Below, one piece after another: positions 27,537 through 36,865 of a stretch of DNA of 64,000 nucleotides. Source of the stretch: Dialister sp. (GTDB lineage: Bacteria > Bacillota > Negativicutes > Veillonellales > Dialisteraceae); assembly GCF_051885895.1 (NCBI RefSeq), contig NZ_JBJEXP010000079.1, forward strand, positions 58,146 through 122,145, in the 5' to 3' direction. The translations under genes were made by a program, and so were the position numbers. Position 1 is the stretch's first letter. Every line of letters begins with the position of its first letter. Under the pieces are notes generated by a model that was given only the letters and a program-made list of their open reading frames with translations, made no database searches and was not told where the DNA came from.

Positions 27537-29351
27537 ATGAAAAAAATGGAAGCGGTTGTACGAAAGTGGCCTCTGCTTCTGGCTGCCCTGACCATGCCGA
27601 CCGTGGTTATGGCTGCAGATACGGAAGGCCGGTATTCTTCGGTGGATACCATCTGGGTGCTTTTAGGCGCTATCCTGGTTTACTTTATGCAGCCCGGGTT
27701 CGCCATGGTGGAAACAGGACTGACCCGTGCAAAGAATGCGGGCAATATCGTCATGAAGAATTTCATGGATTTTGCTCTGGGCACCGTGGTATTCTGGTTT
27801 CTGGGCTTTGGTCTCATGTTTGGTACGGACATCGGCGGCATCATCGGCACGCCGGACCTCTTTGTCACCCATTTCCAGGTGCCTGATGATGCAGGCTATA
27901 CACCCATGACATACCTCTTCTTCCAGACGGTATTCTGTGCGACCTCGGCTACCATCGTTTCCGGGGCTATGGCAGAACGGACCAAGTTTTCCGCCTACTG
28001 CATCTATTCCGTAGTGATTTCTCTTCTGATTTATCCTATTTCCGGACACTGGATCTGGGGCGGCGGCTGGCTCTCCCAGCTGGGCTTCCATGATTTCGCC
28101 GGCTCCACCTGCGTTCATCTGGTAGGCGGTGTATGTGCCCTGGTAGGAGCATGGCTCCTGGGACCAAGAATCGGCAAGTACAATAAGGACGGCAGCGTAA
28201 ATGCCATTCCGGGCCACAGCATTACCCTGGCCTGCCTGGGCATGTTCATCCTGTGGATGGGCTGGTTCGGATTCAACGGCGGCTCCACGGTTTCCATGAC
28301 CGGTGATGAAGTCATCGAATCTGCAGGCCATATCATGATTACCACCAACCTGGCTGCAGCAGTAGCTGCCTGCACCACCATGATCGTTACCTGGGTGAAA
28401 TACGGCAAACCTGATGTTTCCATGACACTGAACGGCGGCCTGGCCGGCCTCGTTGCCATTACCGCCGGATGCGATACCGTAACGGTACCCGGATCCTTCT
28501 TCATCGGCCTTATCGCCGGCGTATTCATTGTCTATGCTGTTGAATTCATTGACCAGAAAATGAAAATCGATGATCCCGTAGGCGCTGTAGCAGCTCACGG
28601 CGGATGCGGCGCACTGGGCACCATCCTCACCGGTTTCTTCTCCGAATCAGACGGTCTTCTCTATACGGGAGATCCTCATTATCTCTTCATCCAGATCCTG
28701 GGTGTAGTGGTTGTAGCTCTTTATGTATTCATTGCCATTAATATTGTATTCCGCCTCATCCGTGCCACCATCGGTCTCCGCGTCAGCAGAGAAGAAGAAA
28801 TCAACGGCCTGGACTTCGAGGAACACGGTCTGGCTTCCGCTTATGCCGATTTCATGATGGTTCCGGAAACAGCAGAGGAAAAGATAGAAGCCGGCAAGGC
28901 TCCGGCCAATGCAGTAGAAATCCCCATGGACAAGGAAGTACCGGAAACGGTGGTACCGAAAGAACCGCCGGCAGACGGACACCGTCTCTACTGTGTCACC
29001 ATTATTACTTCGGACAAGCGGTTTGAAATTCTGAAAGCTTCCATGGAAGCCATCGGCATTACCGGCATGACTGTCACCAAAGCCCTCGGGTTCGGTCTGG
29101 AAAAGGGACAGACCCAGATGTACCGCGGCGCTGCCGTTTCTGCCAAACTTCTGCCTAAGGTGCGTGTGGATATCGTCGTATCCAAGATCTCCCCCAGAAC
29201 AGTGATTGAAGTGGCCAAGAAAGCCCTGTATACCGGCAAGTACGGCGACGGCAAGGTCTTTGTTACCACTGTGGATAATGCAGTGAAGATCCGTACCGGC
29301 GAAGAAGGCTACGATGCCCTGCAGGATTATCCGATTGAAGAAAGTAAATAA
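27537..29351 (+). CDS. amtB: Ammonium transporter fused to a C-terminal PII (GlnK-like) domain
   Basis: FMQPGFAMVETG, HDFAGSTCVH, WFGFNGGS, DDPVGAVAAHG; then GFG...YRG...LLPKVRVDIVV...TGKYGDGKVF...IRTGE. Confidence 0.95.
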   Translation: MKKMEAVVRKWPLLLAALTMPTVVMAADTEGRYSSVDTIWVLLGAILVYFMQPGFAMVETGLTRAKNAGNIVMKNFMDFALGTVVFWFLGFGLMFGTDIGGIIGTPDLFVTHFQVPDDAGYTPMTYLFFQTVFCATSATIVSGAMAERTKFSAYCIYSVVISLLIYPISGHWIWGGGWLSQLGFHDFAGSTCVHLVGGVCALVGAWLLGPRIGKYNKDGSVNAIPGHSITLACLGMFILWMGWFGFNGGSTVSMTGDEVIESAGHIMITTNLAAAVAACTTMIVTWVKYGKPDVSMTLNGGLAGLVAITAGCDTVTVPGSFFIGLIAGVFIVYAVEFIDQKMKIDDPVGAVAAHGGCGALGTILTGFFSESDGLLYTGDPHYLFIQILGVVVVALYVFIAINIVFRLIRATIGLRVSREEEINGLDFEEHGLASAYADFMMVPETAEEKIEAGKAPANAVEIPMDKEVPETVVPKEPPADGHRLYCVTIITSDKRFEILKASMEAIGITGMTVTKALGFGLEKGQTQMYRGAAVSAKLLPKVRVDIVVSKISPRTVIEVAKKALYTGKYGDGKVFVTTVDNAVKIRTGEEGYDALQDYPIEESK

Positions 29352-29366
29352 AGATTCCCGTGCATG

Positions 29367-29398
29367 AAAAGGACTGCGGCATGCCGCAGTCCTTTTTG
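29367..29398 (+). terminator. Intrinsic terminator after amtB-PII
   Basis: AAAAGGACTGCGGC-AT-GCCGCAGTCCTTTT. Confidence 0.85.
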
Positions 29399-29458
29399 CA
29401 TGGGATGGAGGGAAAAGGGAATAAGGTATACTTGTTCTTCTCCTTCTGAAAACTCAAC

Positions 29459-29922
29459 CTTTTCACAGAGTTATTCACAACTTGTTCATAACTTTGAAAT
29501 GAGAATGAAGAATATAGACATAAAGCAGGGAAAAGAGAACTGTCTACTGGAGATATACACAAAAATATGTGAATCATTGTGAATAAAAAGGGTAGAGAGT
29601 AGAAAAAGGGAAAATGAATAGCCCTCTATGTGGGGATTTCAGGAGAAATTCAGTTATCCACAGGGGGAATATCTGTGAATAGGCTTTTCACAGTCTGCCG
29701 GGCAGAGAGAAAAAATAGAGAAAAGATTCTGTAAACAAAGGGTCAACATATGATTTCACGTTAAAAAATCACGAAAAATGGAGAATACGGCGGAAAATAA
29801 AAGGAAAGGATCTGTCCGTATCCAGTGGAATGACAAAAATCAATATAAGAATACACAGGAATAAGGCCCCTGAAAGGAACTTGTGAAAAGAGGTATACTA
29901 TTATTTTCTTCACAATTTCACA
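29459..29922. promoter_or_regulatory. DnaA-box cluster
   Basis: 3 perfect TTWTNCACA boxes (29471, 29578 rev, 29654) plus 7 one-mismatch boxes (29459, 29553, 29568, 29674, 29684, 29882, 29906). Confidence 0.8.
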
Positions 29923-30009
29923 GGAGCTGCCTCCGGAGAGTAAAACGCCCCGGTATCATACAGGAAACTATTGACTTTTGGGGAAGTTCAGTTTAAAATA
30001 GCTATAATT

Positions 30010-30270
30010 TCAAAGAAGCAGGGAAGAGAAGAGTACCCGTGCAGGAATGGCAAAGAGAGCTCCGCTTGGTGGGAAGGAGCGCAGGATCGCATGGAGAAGA
30101 TGGCCTCTGAGCTTGATCTGCCGAATGGTGAAGCAGTCCGGGAGTCTCCCGTTACAGAGACAGGGTATCAAGGCATGTCCGGCGTACCTGCAGAGGCTTT
30201 TCCGGTGACGGAAAAGCGAAATTGGGTGGTAACACGAGTATCTCGTCCCGAAAAGGGACGGGATTTTTTT
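30010..30270 (+). ncRNA. Met T-box riboswitch upstream of metA
   Basis: Promoter TTGACT-N17-TAAAAT (29971-29999); AGTA/GAA loop-E, AGAGA bulge, specifier GAAG-ATG-G at 30100, GGGTGGTAACACG at 30224, terminator 30240-30270. Confidence 0.92.
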
Positions 30271-30310
30271 ATTGCACCGCATCGGTGCTGCCGTAAGGAG
30301 GTTCATTATT

Positions 30311-31261
30311 TTGCCGATTAAAATTGCAGATGGACTTGACGCCATTACAGAACTGAAAAAGGAAGGCATTGTGACCATCGGGGAGGAACGGGCGCGAACC
30401 CAGGATATCCGTCCATTGAAGATTCTCATCCTGAATCTCATGCCCATCAAGAAACCGACGGAAGTGCAGCTTCTCCGCCTTCTGGGGGATACACCGCTGC
30501 AGCTGGATGTGGACTTTGCCCGGATTGCATCCAGGGAAACCACCCATACGGATAAATCCTATCTGGATGAAAATTACCTGACCTTTGAGGACATTAAGGA
30601 CAGAAAATACGACGGTTTTATTATTACCGGGGCGCCGGTGGAAAAAATCCCCTATGAGGAAGTGGACTACTGGCCGGAAATGCTGCAGTATTTCAACTGG
30701 GCTGACACCCATGTATTCTCCACCCTCCATTTCTGCTGGGCGGCCCAGGCAGGCCTGTACCGGGATTACGGTGTGGAAAAGCGGATCCTTCCGCGGAAGC
30801 TGTTCGGCATTTACCAGTACAACCTCACCCTGGCCTACCATCCGCTGCTTCGGGGTTTTGATGACCGCTACTTTATTCCCCAGTCCCGCCACACCTCCAT
30901 TGATGACAGAAAAGTGGATTCGGTGCCGGAGCTTACGGTGCTTTCCCGCTCTGAGGAAAACGGCATCAATATTATTTCCGATAAGGAATCCCGCCGCATT
31001 TTCGTGCTGGGCCACTTTGAATACGACCTTCGCACCCTGGAATGGGAATACAAGAGAGACCGGGAAAAGGGCCTGCCCATCCGCCTGCCGGAAAATTACT
31101 ATCCCTATGATGATCCCCAGGAAAAACCCCGGTTCGTATGGTGCAGCTACGCCCATCTTTTCTATCATAACTGGCTGAATTTCGTGTATCAGGAAACGCC
31201 GTACAGTCTGGATAACCTGATGCCCTTCAATGTGCATAATCCCCTGCACGGGAAAGAATAA
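30311..31261 (+). CDS. metA: Homoserine O-acyltransferase, acetyl-type predicted
   Basis: TTG start after AAGGAGG (MPIKIADG); ILNLMP, TGAPVE (Glu at the specificity position, acetyl-type), HFCWAAQA, GHFEYD. Confidence 0.93.
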   Translation: MPIKIADGLDAITELKKEGIVTIGEERARTQDIRPLKILILNLMPIKKPTEVQLLRLLGDTPLQLDVDFARIASRETTHTDKSYLDENYLTFEDIKDRKYDGFIITGAPVEKIPYEEVDYWPEMLQYFNWADTHVFSTLHFCWAAQAGLYRDYGVEKRILPRKLFGIYQYNLTLAYHPLLRGFDDRYFIPQSRHTSIDDRKVDSVPELTVLSRSEENGINIISDKESRRIFVLGHFEYDLRTLEWEYKRDREKGLPIRLPENYYPYDDPQEKPRFVWCSYAHLFYHNWLNFVYQETPYSLDNLMPFNVHNPLHGKE

Positions 31262-31284
31262 ACGGCAGAGATAGGAGAATTGAT

Positions 31285-32064
31285 ATGAAAAAACTATTTC
31301 TTTTTCTGGCCCTGCTTCTTGGTATCACGGCAGGACTGGCCGGCTGCGGAGAGCAGAAGCAGGAATCGGGAGTGCTCCGGGTAGGCATGGATGCAGCTTA
31401 TCCTCCTTTCGGTTTCCAGAATATGGATACCAAAGCCTATGAAGGTTTTGACGTGGATATCATCAAAGCCATCGCCAGGGAAGAAGGGCTTTCTGCAGAC
31501 ATCCGGAACGTCAATTTTGACGGCCTGATTCCTGCCCTGAAGTCAGGAGATCTGGATGTGGCCATTAATGATATTACCGTCACGGAAGACAGAAAGCAGT
31601 CCGTAGATTTTTCAAAGCCCTACTACATTGCCGGTCTCGGGGTGGTGGTGAGAAGCGAAAATGAATCCATCCGTTCCAAAGAGGACCTGAAAGGAAAGGT
31701 TCTGGGCGTTACCATCGGCTCCACCGGAGAGGAAGCGGCTCGCAAAATCGAAGGGGCTACTGTGAGAACCTACAGCACACTGAGCGATGCCTTCCTGGAT
31801 TTGAAGCAGGGAGCCGTGGATGCGGTGATCAATGATATTCCCACCAATGAATACTACACCGCCAGGACGGAAGACCACTCCGTCAAAACGGCGCCGGTGG
31901 CTCTGTCTACAGAAAATCTGGCTATTGCTGTCAAAAAAGGAAATACAAAACTTCTCGGCCAGATAGATGATGGCCTTTCCAAAATCAAGAAATCCGGGGA
32001 GTTTACAGAGATTTACAGGAAATGGTTTGGAAAGGAACCGCCGGAGGAAATAGTCAGACAGTGA
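31285..32064 (+). CDS. Polar amino-acid ABC substrate-binding lipoprotein (family 3)
   Basis: Lipobox LAGC, YPPFGF, GFDVDI, FDGLIPAL. Confidence 0.9.
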   Translation: MKKLFLFLALLLGITAGLAGCGEQKQESGVLRVGMDAAYPPFGFQNMDTKAYEGFDVDIIKAIAREEGLSADIRNVNFDGLIPALKSGDLDVAINDITVTEDRKQSVDFSKPYYIAGLGVVVRSENESIRSKEDLKGKVLGVTIGSTGEEAARKIEGATVRTYSTLSDAFLDLKQGAVDAVINDIPTNEYYTARTEDHSVKTAPVALSTENLAIAVKKGNTKLLGQIDDGLSKIKKSGEFTEIYRKWFGKEPPEEIVRQ

Positions 32065-32191
32065 GGCAGCGGCGGTGTCCGGCTGCTTTTCCGAGCTGAC
32101 ACCTGACAAACTGCCGGGAAACCTTCGGGGCGAAAGCCTGTCAAATGTTGGAACCTTCTGCGCCGGAAGGGCGCGGAGTAAAGGAGTCATT

Positions 32192-33124
32192 ATGATAGAA
32201 GAAATCTTGAAAAAATATCCATTCATCGTGCTGGACGGTGCCTTTTCCACGGAACTGGAAAGGCAGGGCTTTTCCATTAACGATGAACTCTGGAGTGCCA
32301 TTGCCCTGTATCAGAAACCGGATATGGTCAAGGCGGTTCACCGGTCCTATTACGAAGCGGGAAGTGATATCGTCACCAGCGCCAGCTACCAGGCTACGCT
32401 GGAAGGATTTGAGAAAAAGGGATTCAGCCGGGAAGAGGGGAAAGAACTTCTGATCCGCTCGGTGAGACTGGTACAGGAAGCTAGAGATGAATACCTGGAA
32501 CATGCGAAGGCGGAAACCAGGCCGGTGCCTCTGACAGCTGCTTCCATAGGGCCTTATGGGGCCTACCTGGCAGACGGCAGCGAATACCGGGGCCATTATG
32601 GCATAACCAGAGCGGAACTGGCTGATTTTCATCGGGAACGCATGCATATCCTGGCAGGAGGGGGTCCGGATATTTTTGCCTGTGAAACCATTCCCTGTCT
32701 GGAAGAAGCGCTGGCGGAGACGGATGTGCTGAAGGAAATCGAAGGGGCTGAAGCCTGGGTATCCTTCTCCTGCCGGGATGGACTGCACACCTGCGGCGAT
32801 GACTATATCGGAGATTGCGCCAAAGCACTGGACGCCGTTCCGCAGGTCAGGGCCATAGGGGTGAACTGCACGGCGCCGGAGTATGTGGAATCTCTTATTT
32901 CAGAAATCAGAAAGTACACGGATAAGCCGGTGGTGGTATACCCCAATTCCGGAGAGCAGTATGACCCGGAAAGCAAGACCTGGCACGGCGCTTCTGCTGA
33001 ATATGCGGATTTTGTCAGAATCTGGCAGAAGGCCGGAGCCCGGCTGATCGGCGGCTGCTGCCGCACCACGCCGGAAGATATCAGGAAGGTGGCGGCATTC
33101 AGAAAGGAACTGATGGGAGAATAG
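32192..33124 (+). CDS. mmuM: Homocysteine S-methyltransferase
   Basis: LDGAFSTEL, GPYGA, ACETIP, GVNC, YPNSGE, IGGCCRT. Confidence 0.93.
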   Translation: MIEEILKKYPFIVLDGAFSTELERQGFSINDELWSAIALYQKPDMVKAVHRSYYEAGSDIVTSASYQATLEGFEKKGFSREEGKELLIRSVRLVQEARDEYLEHAKAETRPVPLTAASIGPYGAYLADGSEYRGHYGITRAELADFHRERMHILAGGGPDIFACETIPCLEEALAETDVLKEIEGAEAWVSFSCRDGLHTCGDDYIGDCAKALDAVPQVRAIGVNCTAPEYVESLISEIRKYTDKPVVVYPNSGEQYDPESKTWHGASAEYADFVRIWQKAGARLIGGCCRTTPEDIRKVAAFRKELMGE

Positions 33125-33231
33125 ACAGAGGAGCGGCGGAGCCGTACGTTTCCTTTGAACCCCTTTCTTTCATCATGTATAATAAAGCCATCATGAAAGT
33201 ATGTTGCTTATGTTGAAGGAGCAGTGAAAAT

Positions 33232-33534
33232 ATGCAGGGCGGCGACGCGGACGAATTTATTGATTATATGAACGACGGAGAGGCTTCCGTGCGGCACCGG
33301 GGCTATGTGTACCGTTTTTCCGGGCTCAAGTTTCACCCCGGCAGGAATACCTACAGCCTCAGTGTGGAAAAATACCGTTTTTCCAAAGAGCCCTTTGAGG
33401 AATTTATGGAACTGGTGTATTACTATGAGTCGGAAGATGCAGAAGATGTGCTGGACCATCTCACCGAAGACATCCTGTGGGACGGAAAGACTTTCTATGA
33501 GCTGGAAAAAGCACTCACCTGGATCGACTGGTAA
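33232..33534 (+). CDS. Small acidic hypothetical protein (100 aa)
   Basis: Own promoter TTGAAC-N17-TATAAT (33155-33183), AAGGAG RBS; ends WDGKTFYELEKALTWIDW. Confidence 0.7.
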   Translation: MQGGDADEFIDYMNDGEASVRHRGYVYRFSGLKFHPGRNTYSLSVEKYRFSKEPFEEFMELVYYYESEDAEDVLDHLTEDILWDGKTFYELEKALTWIDW

Positions 33535-33659
33535 TGGGAAGCTGCGGGAATGCCCACTGCTCTGCAGCAGAGGATTTCTTCAGAACTTTGGCAAAGAGAA
33601 GCACCTTTCGGGAAATTTTTCTTGACTTGTGGATTTCTCAATGATATAGTTAATGCAAC

Positions 33660-33920
33660 TTCATAAAGGCAGTGAAGAGAAGAGTACATGAAACAATCCG
33701 GCCAAGAGAGCCCCGTCCGGTGAAAAGGGGTGCGGAAGGTTTGATGGAAGATGGCCTCTGAGCCTGGTGCGCTGAATGATGAGGCGGCCCGGGAGCTCCC
33801 GTTACAGAGACAGGGTATCAAGGCGGCAGCCGGCGTACCTTATGAGATCGGTGAAGCGATTCACCGGTGAAATTGGGTGGTAACACGGTCCTCCGTCCCT
33901 TTCGGGATGGAGGATTTTTG
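33660..33920 (+). ncRNA. Met T-box riboswitch upstream of metQ
   Basis: Promoter TTGACT-N17-TATAGT (33622-33650); specifier GAAG-ATG-G at 33751; GGGTGGTAACACG at 33875; terminator 33889-33919. Confidence 0.92.
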
Positions 33921-33965
33921 TTTTGCTGTATGAATTTTTATAAGACAGGATCAGGAGGTTTTATT

Positions 33966-34793
33966 ATGAACTGGAAGAAAACATTAGCACTTTCCCTGGC
34001 AGCACTGGCTGTGGCCGGCGCTATTTCCGGCTGCGGCGGCAGCGACAAGAAGGATGCCAAGGCTCCGGCGGAAAAGAAGGAAATCACTGTAGGCATTACA
34101 CCGGGGTATTCTGAGCAGGTGATGGAATTTGTGGCTAAGGAAGCAGAAAAACAGGGACTGAAGGTGACGCTGAAATCCTTCTCTGATTATGTCACTCCTG
34201 ACCAGGCCTTGGCTGCCGGAGACATCGATCTCAACTCTTTTCAGCACGGTCCGTTCCTGGAAGCCTTTAATGAAAAGAACGGCACCAAGCTGGTTTCCAT
34301 TGGAAATACCTACCTGGCTCCTCTTCGCATTTACTCCAGCAAACTGACGGATATCAAAGATGTGCCGGACGGCGCTAAGGTATCCATCCCCAATGATCCC
34401 TCCAACGGCGGCCGTGCCCTGCTTCTTCTGGATCATCAGGGCCTGCTGAAGCTGAAGGAAGGCACGGATCCGACCAAGGCTGTGGTAGGAGATATTGCGG
34501 AAAATCCGAAGAACCTGCAGATTATCGAACTGGAAGCAGCCCAGCTGCCCCGTTCCCTGGATGATGTATCCATTGCGGTCATCAATGCGGGCTATGCAAA
34601 GTCTGCCGGACTGGACTCCAAGAAAGCACTGGCTACCGAAGACAATACATCTCCCTATGTCAACATTATTGCAGCCCGTGAACAGGACAAGGATAATCCG
34701 ACCTATCAGAAATTTGTCAAGATTTTCCAGAGCGACGCTGTAAAGAAATATATTAATGACAACTTCAGCGACGGACTGATTCCTGCTTTCTAA
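33966..34793 (+). CDS. metQ: Methionine-binding lipoprotein (NlpA/MetQ)
   Basis: Lipobox ISGC, FSDYVTPD, NSFQH, IPNDPSNGGRAL, QLPRSLDD, SPYVN. Confidence 0.93.
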   Translation: MNWKKTLALSLAALAVAGAISGCGGSDKKDAKAPAEKKEITVGITPGYSEQVMEFVAKEAEKQGLKVTLKSFSDYVTPDQALAAGDIDLNSFQHGPFLEAFNEKNGTKLVSIGNTYLAPLRIYSSKLTDIKDVPDGAKVSIPNDPSNGGRALLLLDHQGLLKLKEGTDPTKAVVGDIAENPKNLQIIELEAAQLPRSLDDVSIAVINAGYAKSAGLDSKKALATEDNTSPYVNIIAAREQDKDNPTYQKFVKIFQSDAVKKYINDNFSDGLIPAF

Positions 34794-34801
34794 AAAATAA
34801 T

Positions 34802-34832
34802 AAAAAAACAGCGCTCCAGGCGCTGTTTTTTT
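34802..34832. terminator. Bidirectional terminator metQ / nitroreductase
   Basis: AAAAAAACAGCGC / GCGCTGTTTTTTT. Confidence 0.75.
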
Positions 34833-34891
34833 ATTTCATCGGAAAAGGTAGGTATATAAAAACTGCCGGGCCTGTGCCCGGCAGGGGATGC

Positions 34892-35536
34892 TTACTGTTC
34901 TCCGCTGATCATGGCTTTCCATTCATCCGGATAGTCGCCGCGGTATTCCACCACCTGCTCCAGCGGTTTTCTGGGCAGGGGACGGACTTCCTTATCGGTA
35001 TAGCCGAAGGCAATGGCAGCCACCATTTCGCCGTCTTCATGAAGCCATTCTTTCAGCTCATCATAAGCAAAGAAGACATTGCAGGTCCAGAGGCTTCCGA
35101 TATTCCTGTCAGCGGCTTCCAGGCACATGTTCTGGATGGCAGCGCTGATGGACTGGACGTCGGCCAGCTCCATAAGGTACTGGTCCCGGGGATGAGTTTC
35201 CCGATAATTCAGGCCTTTGGTGTTCAGAACGAAAACGATGACCGGCGCCTGTTCCAGCACCCGGGCGGTGTAAATGGCGGAAGGAATGAATTTTTCATAT
35301 TTCTTGCCGAAAAGGGCATTGTCTTCTCCCTTCCTGTTTTTCATGATGCCTTCCTTCAGGCATTTCACCATGGCCTTTCGTTCTGCTCCGCGGACAACAA
35401 TGAATTTCCAGGGCTGGGCATTCTTTTCGGAGGGGGCCCACATGCCTGCTTCCAGGATCTGGTCTAAATCTTCCTGGGGAACAGGCTTCTGCAGGAAATG
35501 ACGTATACTTCTTCTTTTATAAATCGCTTCAATCAC
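34892..35536 (-). CDS. Nitroreductase family protein
   Basis: IYKRRSIRHF, AGMWAPSEKNAQPW, AIQNMCL, GSLW. Confidence 0.9.
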   Translation of the reverse strand: MIEAIYKRRSIRHFLQKPVPQEDLDQILEAGMWAPSEKNAQPWKFIVVRGAERKAMVKCLKEGIMKNRKGEDNALFGKKYEKFIPSAIYTARVLEQAPVIVFVLNTKGLNYRETHPRDQYLMELADVQSISAAIQNMCLEAADRNIGSLWTCNVFFAYDELKEWLHEDGEMVAAIAFGYTDKEVRPLPRKPLEQVVEYRGDYPDEWKAMISGEQ

Positions 35537-35890
35537 AGTGGTATTCCTTTCAATGCATAAGTTTATGTTTTGGGTATGACTGCATAAAAGAAATTATATG
35601 CAATTTTGCCAGATAAAGCAAGTCTTTTTAGACTGGCGGTCATATCGACAGGCATGAAAATCATCAGGCACCTGCAGGAAGCGGGTTATAGATATCGGGA
35701 GCTGACAACATCTGCTATAATAAAGGAAATGAAGCAGTGAAGGAATGGCAGGATTTGTATTCCATAAGGACGGTCGGACTTCCCGGGCAGCGGGCTGCTT
35801 TTCCTGCAGGGAATGCCGGATCGGACATGGAATCCATCAGTGCTTCTTCAGAAAATTATGGAAAAGTGTCTGTCCAAAGGAGGTCTTATT

Positions 35891-36319
35891 ATGGAGATCA
35901 AAAAAATACTCGTTCCCATTGACGGCTCCGATGCTTCGGAGAGAGCCTTTTCGTATGCCGTGGCTTTTGCCAGAAAAACGGCAGCAGAAATTGTTCTTCT
36001 CTATGTCGTGGATGCAGATACCCTCATATATCCGGTATACCGTGTCAGCCTGGTGGAAACAGACACGGCTTCTGTGAAGGAGAAGGGGGAGGAAATTCTG
36101 GCCCTTTATGCAAAGGATGCACCGGCAGATGTGAAGGTGAACCGACTGGTGACCATCGGCGTGCCCGGCTCTTCCATTATTCGTACGGCGGAAGCGGAGG
36201 GCGCTGACATGATCATCATGGGCAACAGCGGCAAGGGCTCTGTTTCTTCCTTTGTCATGGGCAGTGTAAGCCATTACACCGTGCACCATGCAAAATGCCC
36301 GGTATTGATTGTAAAGTAA
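35891..36319 (+). CDS. Universal stress protein
   Basis: KKILVPIDGS, IIMGNSG, GSVSHYTVHHAKCPVLIV. Confidence 0.92.
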   Translation: MEIKKILVPIDGSDASERAFSYAVAFARKTAAEIVLLYVVDADTLIYPVYRVSLVETDTASVKEKGEEILALYAKDAPADVKVNRLVTIGVPGSSIIRTAEAEGADMIIMGNSGKGSVSSFVMGSVSHYTVHHAKCPVLIVK

Positions 36320-36387
36320 GTACAGCCTGTTTCTGAAATGGTTGAGCGGCCGGATAATCAATGCCGCTGCAGAAAGAAGGGGTTTTT

Positions 36388-36831
36388 ATGATCGATAGAG
36401 AAATACACAAGATCCTGATTCCGGTGGATGACTCGAAAATGTCGGATCGGGCTTTTGACTATGGCATGGAAATAGCCAAGCTGTTCGACGCCGATGTGAG
36501 TGTGATTTATGTGGCTCATTCGGAAAGCATGAGCTCTCCGGATTTCACTGTCCATTTCAATGAAAAGAATGATGATACCAGCCCGCTGAAGGAAAAGGGC
36601 GCCGCCGTGCTGGCTCGGCTGATGGAAAGGGTGCCTGAAGGGGTGAAGGTGAAACAGGAGCTTCTCCTGGGATCGCCGGAGGTCATGATTGCTCTCACTG
36701 CGGAAGATGAGGGAGTGGATCTGATTATCATGGGCAGCAGCGGACGGAATTCCTTCTCCTCCATGTTCCTTGGCAGCGTGAGCTACTATACGGTTCATCA
36801 TGTGAAATGCCCGGTTATGCTGATTAAGTAG
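36388..36831 (+). CDS. Universal stress protein
   Basis: HKILIPVDDS, LIIMGSSG, GSVSYYTVHHVKCPVMLI. Confidence 0.92.
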   Translation: MIDREIHKILIPVDDSKMSDRAFDYGMEIAKLFDADVSVIYVAHSESMSSPDFTVHFNEKNDDTSPLKEKGAAVLARLMERVPEGVKVKQELLLGSPEVMIALTAEDEGVDLIIMGSSGRNSFSSMFLGSVSYYTVHHVKCPVMLIK

Positions 36832-36865
36832 GAGGAATGCTCTTTAACGGACGGGAGGCGTAGAA

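Noticed and set aside
29459-29922. oriC call for the DnaA-box cluster
   Set aside because: No dnaA/dnaN/rpmH/gidA nearby, no change in gene strand bias across the site, and no clear DnaA-trio unwinding element; kept as a non-origin cluster
32095-32143. Hammerhead ribozyme or c-di-GMP-I riboswitch upstream of mmuM
   Set aside because: CTGACAA lacks the invariant G8 of CUGANGA and no UH site is positioned; the P3/tetraloop receptor of c-di-GMP-I is absent
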